Source: a bacterium
GTDB taxonomy: Bacteria; UBP6; JAFGXH01
DNA: 32,000 nucleotides
Assembly: GCA_027064085.1 (NCBI GenBank)
Contig: JAMOQH010000095.1
Span: forward strand, 10,530-42,529
Direction: 5' to 3'
Of the stretch, positions 23,383 through 31,871 are shown piece by piece. The notes below the pieces were generated by a model. It saw nothing but the letters and a program-made list of their open reading frames with translations. It did no database searches and was not told where the DNA came from. Numbering within the stretch: the first letter of the stretch is position 1; every line of letters starts with the position of its first letter. Position numbers and translations under genes: made by a program.

Positions 23383-24531
23383 CTAGTACGCATGCTTGTC
23401 TTCAACATCTTCTTTATTAATTGGCTTTCTCATTACATACCAAGTATAACCAACTTCTAGTAATACAAAAGGTATTGCAAAAGATACATAAAACATCGTT
23501 CTTAAACCAACTAAACTACCTGAAGCATTTTGAATTGTTAAAGAACTTTGCAAATCAGCATAAGATGGATAAAATGCACTATTTCCATAACCTGCAGTCA
23601 TAAAAATTGCTAAAACCACAAATAGTACTCCAACATTTGCAATCCAGAAACCGATTCTTTTACCCTGAAATGCTCCTGCAAAGACACCATAAACGAAAGT
23701 TACTGCTCCAATTAATAATATAATTAATTTATATGCTCCACCTGCTAATAAGCTATTTAAGTAATGTCCATCAACTAAAGAAACAACTTGAGTTTTAGGG
23801 TCAACAAAGTACCCCTTCATTGTTACAAGCATAATTAACATTGCAAGTAAAAAAGGAAGTAATATAAAAAAGTTAATTTTAGCAAGTTTTTGAGCTTTTT
23901 CTTTAACCGCTTCATTTGTAATATTATTATTAACCCATAAAGCACCTGTTACTCTAACCAGAAAAAGCAACATTAACCCAAAGATTAAATTAAATAAAGC
24001 TCCATGATTAAATGAAATAGCAGCTTCTAAACCTCTTAGATTAATACCATCTTTTGCTACACCCCATGTAAGTTCTCTTGTGATTCCATTTACTGAAAAA
24101 TTAGAACCAGTAAAAAATGTTCCTACTGCTACACCAAGTAAAATTGTTCCAATAAAACCATTGAAATATAAAAATCCTTGATAAACTTTTTTACCTAAAA
24201 TATTATCCGGTTTTGTTCTGTACTCATAACCAACAGCCTGAACTACAAAACTAAATAATATTATATACCAAACCCAGTAAGCTCCACCAAAACTTACAGA
24301 ATAAAATAATGGAAATGCTGCATATAATGCTCCACCAAACATAACAAGAACAGTAAAACCTAATTCCCATTTTCTTCCCAAAGAATTATAAACATACTTT
24401 TCCTCTTCTTCATCTTTAGCTAACTGCATTGCCAAGGATTGTCCCCCCTGAACAAACATCATAAATACCAGCATAGCTCCAAGAAGAGAAATAATAAACC
24501 ACCAATAATGTTGTAATACTGAATGTGTCAT
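23383..24531 (-). CDS. cydB: Cytochrome bd ubiquinol oxidase subunit II
   Basis: 382-aa polytopic protein with 2-nt spacing after cydA. The N-terminus (LQHYWWFIISLLGAMLVFMMFVQGG) and overall hydrophobic pattern are typical of CydB. Confidence 0.9.
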   Translation of the reverse strand: MTHSVLQHYWWFIISLLGAMLVFMMFVQGGQSLAMQLAKDEEEEKYVYNSLGRKWELGFTVLVMFGGALYAAFPLFYSVSFGGAYWVWYIILFSFVVQAVGYEYRTKPDNILGKKVYQGFLYFNGFIGTILLGVAVGTFFTGSNFSVNGITRELTWGVAKDGINLRGLEAAISFNHGALFNLIFGLMLLFLVRVTGALWVNNNITNEAVKEKAQKLAKINFFILLPFLLAMLIMLVTMKGYFVDPKTQVVSLVDGHYLNSLLAGGAYKLIILLIGAVTFVYGVFAGAFQGKRIGFWIANVGVLFVVLAIFMTAGYGNSAFYPSYADLQSSLTIQNASGSLVGLRTMFYVSFAIPFVLLEVGYTWYVMRKPINKEDVEDKHAY

Positions 24532-24533
24532 AT

Positions 24534-26108
24534 CTATACCTCCTCTTCATGGCTATCTGGACCAAGTTTTATCTGTTTGAGCATCATTTTTAATTCAGCA
24601 AAACCAAGTATCACAAATAATGTCAAAAAGATAAAGAATGTTGCTTTAACATTAGTTAAATGTATTGGAGTTGCTGATTTACTTGTAGGAAGTACCCCAA
24701 ATACTGTCCAAGGTTGACGACCAACCTCTGCCATGGTCCAACCAGTTACTATTCCTATATAAGATAACCAAAGAGTAATAGATGAAATCTTTAAAAATAA
24801 TTTATTTTCTAATATTTGATTCTTCCTAACTTTAACATACATAAATAAGAAAAATAACATAAAAAATGAACCTATTCCAACCATAATATGGAATGAATAA
24901 AAAACAGTACTTATAGGAGGGATAATATCCTTTTCATTTTTTAAGTGTCCATAACCAAAATATTTTGAATGTTTTTCAAATATATCTTTTTGTTTTTTCA
25001 TTTCACTAGTATTTTTAATTTTTTTAGCAGCATGGTATGCATACATAGCATCTATTGCAACTTTACCTCTTTTCATTAGTTCTTTTGCTGGTAAAATACC
25101 ATATTTTTTGTTACCATATACTAAATCATTTATGCCTGGAATAAAAGCATTTAAGGAATGCTTACCTAGTAAAGATAGACCTTTTGGAAATGGTATTCCA
25201 AAAACTGCTGTTTTATCATTATCTCCAATTTTTATACTTGGATTTAACATTCCCATAACAATTGGAGCACCTTCTTCTCCCTTAAATAAACCCTCTGCTG
25301 CAGCCATTTTGGTAGGTTGCATATTTGTTACAGTTGCTGCCTGCATATCCCCAACTAAAAACAGAAAATAAGCATTCAATAGAGCAAATGTAATACCTAC
25401 AGCAATAGATCTTTTTGCAAATGTAATATGCCTTTTCCTTAAAAGATAATAAGCAGAAATTGTAATCATAAAAGTAGCACTAAGCATATAAGCTGATGAC
25501 ATTTGATGCAAAAATGTATCAATTGCCTTAGGTTGAAGAGCAATTCTTGAAAAATCTACCATTTCGGCTCTTGCTGTTTCAATATTTAACTTATAACCAG
25601 ATGGGTGTTGCATAAAAGAATTAGCTACAATAATCCAAAGTCCAGAAAGGTTAGTTCCTATTGCAAACATCCAAGTTGAAAATAAATGAAATCTCTTACC
25701 AACTCTTTTCCAACCAAATAATGAAACAACACCAAAAGAGGCTTCCATAAAGAATGCAAAAATCCCTTCAATAGCTAAAGGAGCACCAAAAACATCTCCC
25801 ATAACCCATGAGTAATTAGACCAATTTGTTCCAAATTCAAATTCATGAATAATACCTGTTGCAATACCAATTGCAACATTAATAGCTAATAGTTTTTGCC
25901 AAAACTTAGTTGTGGCTTTCCACTCTTTTTTACCTGTTTTATAATACATTGTTTGCATTATCGCAACAAGAACAGACATACCTAATGTAATAGGCACAAA
26001 TAAAAAGTGAAAAATAATTGTCATTGCAAATTGTGCTCTTGCCCAATTTACCACGCCACTTACATTGGCTACTGCATCAGTAGCAACAGTAGCAAGAAAA
26101 TGTTCCAT
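24534..26108 (-). CDS. cydA: Cytochrome bd ubiquinol oxidase subunit I
   Basis: 524 aa. Motifs RAQFAMTIIFHFLFVPITLG, GDMQA and GWTMAEVGRQPW are conserved CydA signatures. Confidence 0.95.
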   Translation of the reverse strand: MEHFLATVATDAVANVSGVVNWARAQFAMTIIFHFLFVPITLGMSVLVAIMQTMYYKTGKKEWKATTKFWQKLLAINVAIGIATGIIHEFEFGTNWSNYSWVMGDVFGAPLAIEGIFAFFMEASFGVVSLFGWKRVGKRFHLFSTWMFAIGTNLSGLWIIVANSFMQHPSGYKLNIETARAEMVDFSRIALQPKAIDTFLHQMSSAYMLSATFMITISAYYLLRKRHITFAKRSIAVGITFALLNAYFLFLVGDMQAATVTNMQPTKMAAAEGLFKGEEGAPIVMGMLNPSIKIGDNDKTAVFGIPFPKGLSLLGKHSLNAFIPGINDLVYGNKKYGILPAKELMKRGKVAIDAMYAYHAAKKIKNTSEMKKQKDIFEKHSKYFGYGHLKNEKDIIPPISTVFYSFHIMVGIGSFFMLFFLFMYVKVRKNQILENKLFLKISSITLWLSYIGIVTGWTMAEVGRQPWTVFGVLPTSKSATPIHLTNVKATFFIFLTLFVILGFAELKMMLKQIKLGPDSHEEEV

Positions 26109-26149
26109 AAAAACCTCCTGAAAAATATATAAAACTATATGAATAACTC

Positions 26150-26371
26150 TTAATGTTTACTATTCGGTTTATTGGTACTTTTTATTGAATTATTTGTTAA
26201 CTGTTTAATCATGAAATCTTTTTGGGAATCTTCTGTCTTAAAATTATTTTTGAAAAAATTTGGAAAAAAAATAGGTTTTATAACTGCAACTAAAAAAATA
26301 ATTTTTAATGATGCGATTAAAAACAATTTTTGCCACATAGTCATTTTTTGCTTTTTTTTAAATAATTTCAT
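26150..26371 (-). CDS. Small membrane protein upstream of cydA (DUF4492-like)
   Basis: 73 aa. WQKLFLIASLKIIFLVAVIKPIFFPNFF resembles, from memory, the DUF4492 peptides found just upstream of cydA in Bacteroidota-type cyd operons. An AAGGAA SD lies 9 nt after the TPR gene's stop. Confidence 0.55.
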   Translation of the reverse strand: MKLFKKKQKMTMWQKLFLIASLKIIFLVAVIKPIFFPNFFKNNFKTEDSQKDFMIKQLTNNSIKSTNKPNSKH

Positions 26372-26380
26372 TATATTCCT

Positions 26381-28456
26381 TTATTTTCCAAACATCTTTT
26401 CAAGAAAATCACTTTTTTTACCTAATTCATAAGCTTTGTAAAAACAATCATTTGCTTTAGTCTCATCTTTATACACATCTTTATATAGTAAACCTAAACT
26501 ATAGTATGGGTCCGCATAATTTACATCAATAGATATTGCCATATTATACGAAGAAATAGCATCATCATAATTATTCAAATAAAGGTCTTCCAGATACCCT
26601 TTGTAATACCATGCAGGTGCATAATTATCCCTTAACTTAATATATTCATTAAATAATCGGTAAGAATCTTCATATTTTTTTTCTATCATATTAATATAAG
26701 CATAATTATAAACAACACCTTTATGATTTGGATTTAATTCATATCCTTTTTTATAATATTTTATTGCTAAAGAAATATTTTTTTTGAATGTTTCATATAA
26801 AAACCCTGCATTATTATATGCATCTGTATAATTAGGATTAAACTTTAAAGACTTTTCATAGAATTCTAAAGCGGTTCCATAATCTTTTAAGTGTTTTTCT
26901 GTTAAATACCCTACATTAAATGCATAAATATAACTAGTTGGAGATGCTTCATAAGCTTTTTTGTAATACTCAAGAGCTTTATCAAGGTTTCCTTTATGTA
27001 TTTCATATAATAATCCAGCACTATTGTATGCTTCTGAATAATTAGGACTTAATTCTATTGCTTTTTCATAATACTCAAGAGCTTTTTCTTTATCATCAAA
27101 GTACTTCTCTAAACAATAAGCCATATTATAGTAACCTGTTGAATAATTAGGATTAATTTCTACTGAATGCTGATAAAAGTTATAAGCTTTATCATAATCC
27201 TTAAAAATTACTTCATATAAGAACCCTAAATCAACATAAGTGTAATGTGAATTAGGGTCTAAAGCTAATGATTTTTTATAATAATCTTCAGCAATTTCAT
27301 ATCTATTAGGAGCATCCATTTTATAATGGTACACATAAGCAATATTATACAAAGGCTTTGCAAAATCAGGAGATAATTCAACAGCTTTTTTATAATATTC
27401 AATAGCCTTATTAAAATCAGAATACAAGCCTTCAGAGATTAATCCCATATTATTTAAAGAATTTATATGATTTGGATTTATATCTAATATTTTATTGTAT
27501 AGTTCTTCTGCTGTATGTAAATCATTTTTCTTAAAATGAAAAAGATATGCTTTTTTATATAAAACTTCTATATTATCTGGAGAAATTAAAAGAGCCTGAT
27601 TATAATAATATTCTGCATTCTCATAATCATTATATGTAACTTCATATAGACTTCCTAAATTTTCATAACTATAATGATAATTTGGATTTAACTCTATGCT
27701 TTTTAATAAATACTCTTTTGCTTTTTCTTGATTATTTAATTTATATTGATATAAATATGAAGCATTATAAATAGATAAAAAGTATTTATCATTTTCTTGA
27801 ATAGATCTTTCATAATACTCAATTGCACTATTAATATCTTTTTTATGTGTTTCATAAAGATAGCCTAAACGATTTAATGTAGAATAATCATTTGGCTTTA
27901 CAATTAATGATTTATTATAGTAATCGAATGCTTTATCAAATTCTTTTAATTTAAATTGTAAAAAATAAGCATAGTTATGTAATGCTTTAAAGTATTTTGA
28001 ATTAATTTTAATTGATTTTAAGTAATAATATTCAGCTTTTTCGTAATCCCTTATATCTTCTTCATATATCAGAGCACATTTTTCATAAGTATCATAATCA
28101 TTATCTTCATTATTCATTTTTAGTGCTTTTTCATAATATTCTAGTGCTTCTAAATGATTTTTAAAATAAAAGTCAGTTATATATCCTAAGTTTTTATATA
28201 ATTCAACATCAACATCATAAGGATTAGAATCAATAAACTTTTTAGATTGATTTAATGCTTTATTTGCATATCTTTCTTGTTGTTCATAATCACCAAGAAT
28301 TCCATATATCTTATACAGGCCATATAAAGCATAAGGAGAATTCTCATAAGCAGCTAAAGATTTTTCAAAAAAATCTTTAGCTGCATTGTCATTTTCTTTT
28401 ATAAACTCCTCTCTACCTAAAAAATATAATCTTTTAGACTCACTTAAATCATACAT
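26381..28456 (-). CDS. TPR/Sel1-like repeat protein (691 aa, ~18 repeats)
   Basis: A regular ~36-aa unit recurs: A.EYYEKA..LNPNY..AYNN.G.LYE. Confidence 0.85.
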   Translation of the reverse strand: MYDLSESKRLYFLGREEFIKENDNAAKDFFEKSLAAYENSPYALYGLYKIYGILGDYEQQERYANKALNQSKKFIDSNPYDVDVELYKNLGYITDFYFKNHLEALEYYEKALKMNNEDNDYDTYEKCALIYEEDIRDYEKAEYYYLKSIKINSKYFKALHNYAYFLQFKLKEFDKAFDYYNKSLIVKPNDYSTLNRLGYLYETHKKDINSAIEYYERSIQENDKYFLSIYNASYLYQYKLNNQEKAKEYLLKSIELNPNYHYSYENLGSLYEVTYNDYENAEYYYNQALLISPDNIEVLYKKAYLFHFKKNDLHTAEELYNKILDINPNHINSLNNMGLISEGLYSDFNKAIEYYKKAVELSPDFAKPLYNIAYVYHYKMDAPNRYEIAEDYYKKSLALDPNSHYTYVDLGFLYEVIFKDYDKAYNFYQHSVEINPNYSTGYYNMAYCLEKYFDDKEKALEYYEKAIELSPNYSEAYNSAGLLYEIHKGNLDKALEYYKKAYEASPTSYIYAFNVGYLTEKHLKDYGTALEFYEKSLKFNPNYTDAYNNAGFLYETFKKNISLAIKYYKKGYELNPNHKGVVYNYAYINMIEKKYEDSYRLFNEYIKLRDNYAPAWYYKGYLEDLYLNNYDDAISSYNMAISIDVNYADPYYSLGLLYKDVYKDETKANDCFYKAYELGKKSDFLEKMFGK

Positions 28457-28522
28457 TAAAACCTCTTATAAAAATTAACTGTACTTGTTTTAACATTAAT
28501 TATATTAAAATTGCAAAATTTA

Positions 28523-28996
28523 TTAAATTATTTCCGTTTTAATGTATTCCAATACCTTTTCAACATGTTCTTTTACCCTAACCTTTTTATAAACTTTCCT
28601 TAAGATACCATCTTTATCAATAATAAAAGTTGTTCTTACTATTCCATAATATTCTCTTCCGTAATTCTTTTTTAACTGCCACACATTTAACAATTCAGAA
28701 AGCAGATGCTCTTCATCTGTTAAAATAGGAAAATTTAGTTCATATTTAGATGAAAATTTAACATGTGACTTTAAATTATCTGGGCTAATTCCTATGATAA
28801 CCGTGTTTAAGTTTTCAAAAAATTCAATTCTATCCCTAAAATCACAAGCTTCATTAGTACAGCCGGGAGTATTATCTTTAGGATAAAAATATAATACAAT
28901 ATTTTTCCCTTTAAAATCAGAAAGCTTTACAAGTTTATCATCCTGACTTTTTAATTCAAAATCAGGAAATGCTTTATTTATCTCAGGATACTCCAT
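28523..28996 (-). CDS. bcp: Thiol peroxidase Bcp (peroxiredoxin Q type)
   Basis: The peroxidatic site is FYPKDNTPGCTNEAC, giving a CxxxxC arrangement. 157 aa, with an AGGAG SD. Confidence 0.9.
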   Translation of the reverse strand: MEYPEINKAFPDFELKSQDDKLVKLSDFKGKNIVLYFYPKDNTPGCTNEACDFRDRIEFFENLNTVIIGISPDNLKSHVKFSSKYELNFPILTDEEHLLSELLNVWQLKKNYGREYYGIVRTTFIIDKDGILRKVYKKVRVKEHVEKVLEYIKTEII

Positions 28997-29158
28997 TTAC
29001 TCTCCTAAATACAAAAGTTCCTTAGGGTATTCGCAAATAATTTTCCAAGTAAACAAACTAGTTAAAACCATTATTACAACTAAATATCGTTGTTAAAACT
29101 ATAAATTGTTATTATCTTTCATTATTAGATTATCTTAAGATTAGTATAATTATTTACT

Positions 29159-30325
29159 TTACCATTCTTCGTCTTCTTCATCTTCTTCGTCTTCAAATTC
29201 TGGCTCGTCATTAAATGCATCACTCGCTTCATCATATTCGGCAGAATCTTCATTATCATAACGAGATTCGTTGTCATACTCATCAGCATCAGCATTATCC
29301 ATATCTGCATCATAATTAGCATCAGCAGCTTCATTTCTATATCTTTCCCTATCATCAACATCATCTAGAATTTCATCATTCATTCTGTCAACTTCATCCA
29401 AATCTTGCATTGCTTCTTGCTCGTATTGGTCAGCATACTCGTCATAACCATCAGCATACATTCTATTAGTATAATGACGACCATATTGGTTATAGTAATC
29501 TCTTTCATTTCTAAAATAAATTCCATCATACCAAAAAGGTCCCATATCGAAAATATCATCATTATAGTAGATATCATATCTTCCGACTCTTCTTCTACTT
29601 CTCACTGGAACACCACCGCCTCTTACTGCTTTACCTTTTACGACAACAAAAATTATAATTGCCAAAATTATCAAGAATACAATTATTGCCCCAGTTGTAG
29701 AGCCTCCGCCTGAGTGCCTTACTCTATTACCAGCTCTACTGTTTCTTCTATTTTTTGCCATATTAGCTTTAGTTTGAGCAACTTTAAGCTTTCTATCAGC
29801 TACTTTATGCTTATCTTTAATTGCTTCTGATTTTGCATTAGCTTTTGCTGTCGCTTTTTTAGCTTTAGCTTGATTTCTTTTTGCATCAATTCTTTTTGTA
29901 TCAGCTTTTCTTGCATTAGCTTTAGCCGAATTTTTTAATTCACTTTGAGCGGCACCTTTTACTTCCTCAAACTGCGATTTAAACTTTTCATAAATCTTCT
30001 TTTTCTTTTTACCCGTTAATTTTTTAGTTCTTAAAGATTTAGGTGGCCACAAAAAATCCCACTTTGATTTACTTTTATTATTTTTAGTTATTCTTAGAGC
30101 TTCTTTCCATGCTTCAGCAGCTTTGATATTATCCCCTTTTTCATAATATGCCTTACCAAGCAGATAGTAAGCTTCAGCTGTTTTTCCTGACTTATCTTTA
30201 AGTTTACTAATCACACCAGCATAATCTTTCTTAATAGTAAGTTTCCATTCATCTGTCATTCGTCCGGCATATACATTACTAGAAAAGACGAATACCATAC
30301 TAATTACAAGTAACAAATACTTCAT
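29159..30325 (-). CDS. Single-pass membrane protein: signal peptide, TPR, poly-basic region, TM, Tyr/Asp-rich and poly-acidic tail
   Basis: Signal peptide MKYLLLVISMVFVFSSNVYAG. TPR unit AEAYYLLGKAYYEKGDNIKAAEAWKEALRI. The K/A/R-rich region covers aa 97-207. The TM is aa 212-229. The D/E/Y-rich tail covers aa 291-388 and ends DEEDEEDEEW. Confidence 0.7.
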   Translation of the reverse strand: MKYLLLVISMVFVFSSNVYAGRMTDEWKLTIKKDYAGVISKLKDKSGKTAEAYYLLGKAYYEKGDNIKAAEAWKEALRITKNNKSKSKWDFLWPPKSLRTKKLTGKKKKKIYEKFKSQFEEVKGAAQSELKNSAKANARKADTKRIDAKRNQAKAKKATAKANAKSEAIKDKHKVADRKLKVAQTKANMAKNRRNSRAGNRVRHSGGGSTTGAIIVFLIILAIIIFVVVKGKAVRGGGVPVRSRRRVGRYDIYYNDDIFDMGPFWYDGIYFRNERDYYNQYGRHYTNRMYADGYDEYADQYEQEAMQDLDEVDRMNDEILDDVDDRERYRNEAADANYDADMDNADADEYDNESRYDNEDSAEYDEASDAFNDEPEFEDEEDEEDEEW

Positions 30326-30410
30326 TATTCCTCCAAAATATAAAAATCATATAATTAAAAAATTAACATAATTTAAAGCTAAAAAGCAAGGTTTTATTAG
30401 ATATTTACTA

Positions 30411-30433
30411 TTTTTAAGCTAAAATCTTAAAAA
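30411..30433 (+). repeat. Conserved-loop intergenic hairpin, copy 2 (TTTTTAAG|CTAAAAT|CTTAAAAA)
   Basis: The arms are identical to copy 1 and the loop is the invariant 7-mer. It lies in a divergent intergenic region. Confidence 0.6.
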
Positions 30434-30442
30434 CAGACATTC

Positions 30443-30469
30443 AAACACTAAAACTAGTGTTTTCATTTT
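30443..30469 (+). other. Second hairpin next to copy 2 (AAACACTA-AAAC-TAGTGTTT) followed by TCATTTT
   Basis: A perfect 8-bp stem at 30443-30450/30455-30462 with a 4-nt loop. It is terminator-like yet lies between divergent genes, so it may be the 3' end of a small transcript. Confidence 0.35.
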
Positions 30470-30511
30470 AAAATTTAACTAATTTACTAAATAAATTATT
30501 TAAATTTTGAT

Positions 30512-30540
30512 TTGCATTAATTATTTTAAAATCATATATT
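30512..30540 (+). promoter_or_regulatory. Candidate xseA promoter (TTGCAT-17-TATATT)
   Basis: Hexamers at 30512-30517 and 30535-30540. GGAG at 30556-30559 lies 5 nt before the TTG start at 30565. Confidence 0.35.
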
Positions 30541-30564
30541 TATAAAACTGTGTTTGGAGCTTAA

Positions 30565-31866
30565 TTGTTAACCGTTACTGAATTAACCAAAAAAATAAAA
30601 ACTCTAATTGAAAATAATTTTAGAACAGTAGAAGTTATAGGAGAAATATCAACTGATTTTAAACCTCATTATACTGGTCATTATTATTTTTCAATAAAAG
30701 ATAATGGAGCAAATTTAGATGCAATTATATGGAAATCATCTGTATTTAAAATAAATACAAACTTTAAAAGAGGTGATAAAATCATAATTAAAGGGCGACT
30801 TGCCTTATATGAAAAATGGGGGAAATATCAAATTATTGTTTCTTCAATACAAAAAGAGGGAAAAGGAAATTTATTTCTTGAATTTGAAAAAATGAAAGAA
30901 AAATTAGAAAAGGAAGGATTATTTGATTTAAAAAAGAAAAAACTACCCTCAATTCCTAAGAAATTAGCTCTTATTACGGCAAAAGATGCGGCAGCCTTAA
31001 CAGATTTTTTAAAAATTGCTCAAAAAAGATATCCTTTTATAAATATTGTAATAATTCCAACTCCAGTTCAAGGTATAAAAGCCTCAAGAGCCATTTCTGA
31101 AAACTTAATATATGCATCAAATATTAAAGATGTTGACTTAATAGTCATAACAAGAGGCGGAGGTTCTATAGAAGATTTATGGGCTTTTAATGAAGAAATT
31201 GTTGCAAGAACTATTTCAAAAATAGACATCCCAATAGTTTCAGCAATTGGACATGAAAGAGATTTTACTATTTCAGATTTTGTTGCAGATAAAAGAGCCG
31301 CAACTCCATCTGAAGCAGCAGAATTAATTTATCCAGAATATAATACTTTAATTAGAAATTTAGAAATGATTAAGTCTAAACTATCATATTTAAGTAAAAA
31401 TATACTTAGAAATAAAGAAATTCAATTAATAAAAGAAAAGCAAAAGTTTAAAAATAAGATATTACCTATTGAAAACTATAAAATGGAAATAGAAAACATT
31501 AAAAGTATATTGATAAGCGATATAAATATTAAAACTACTGAAAATTGGAATTTATTACAAAGCTATAAAGAGATTTTACAAAAAAATGATCCCCAAAGAA
31601 AACTTATAGAACAAAAAAATGAAATTAATTTATTAAAATCAAGACTTATTTATATAATAGAAAGAAAACTTACAAAAGAAAAACAAGAAATTGCATTTAT
31701 AAAATCTAAACTAGAATTATTATCACCATTTAAATTACTAGAAAAAGGATACGCTCTTATAAAAGATGAAAATGATAAACCTATTTCATCATCAGGAGTA
31801 CTACAAAAAGGAAAAAAAATCCAAATTATCCTCAAAGACGGAAGTAAAACAGCTCAAATAATATAA
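30565..31866 (+). CDS. xseA: Exodeoxyribonuclease VII large subunit
   Basis: 433 aa. The N-terminal OB region is TVTELTKKIKTLIENNFRTVEVIGEIS. The catalytic region includes ITRGGGSIEDLWAFNEE and SAIGHERD. A long coiled C-terminus follows. TTG start with a GGAG SD. Confidence 0.9.
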   Translation: MLTVTELTKKIKTLIENNFRTVEVIGEISTDFKPHYTGHYYFSIKDNGANLDAIIWKSSVFKINTNFKRGDKIIIKGRLALYEKWGKYQIIVSSIQKEGKGNLFLEFEKMKEKLEKEGLFDLKKKKLPSIPKKLALITAKDAAALTDFLKIAQKRYPFINIVIIPTPVQGIKASRAISENLIYASNIKDVDLIVITRGGGSIEDLWAFNEEIVARTISKIDIPIVSAIGHERDFTISDFVADKRAATPSEAAELIYPEYNTLIRNLEMIKSKLSYLSKNILRNKEIQLIKEKQKFKNKILPIENYKMEIENIKSILISDINIKTTENWNLLQSYKEILQKNDPQRKLIEQKNEINLLKSRLIYIIERKLTKEKQEIAFIKSKLELLSPFKLLEKGYALIKDENDKPISSSGVLQKGKKIQIILKDGSKTAQII

Positions 31867-31871
31867 ATTTA

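Noticed and set aside
26381-28456. The ~108-nt periodicity in the TPR gene could be a possible tandem-repeat element.
   Set aside because: It is explained by 36-aa TPR/Sel1-like protein repeats within one intact ORF.
29008-29036. A third TTGCGA hexamer (minus strand, 29036-29031) upstream of bcp as a promoter, matching those at 7213 and 16097.
   Set aside because: With a 17-19 nt spacer, the -10 (TGTATT or TATTTA) would put the transcription start on top of or past the bcp SD (AGGAG at ~29001-29005). That leaves no functional leader. The recurrence of TTGCGA is noted, but this copy is not called a promoter.
29131-29140. Perfect 10-bp palindrome ATCTTAAGAT downstream of the 388-aa gene, flanked by the direct repeat AGATTA.
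   Set aside because: It is short and AT-rich, occurs once, and is not followed by a T-run. The evidence is insufficient to call it a terminator or an operator.
29125-29713. ORFs 29125-29364 (-), 29380-29577 (-) and 29405-29713 (+).
   Set aside because: They are alternative or antisense frames of the GAT/GAA-rich acidic tail of the 388-aa protein. Their Met/Ile-rich low-complexity translations have no independent support.
12145-31835. Other short embedded ORFs: 12145-12336 (+), 15263-15508 (+), 17606-17926 (-), 18549-18758 (+), 23421-23603 (+), 24523-24717 (+), 25108-25371 (+), 26172-26432 (+) and 31650-31835 (-).
   Set aside because: Each lies wholly or largely inside a longer, motif-supported gene, either on the opposite strand or in another frame. 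These are typical AT-rich shadow ORFs.
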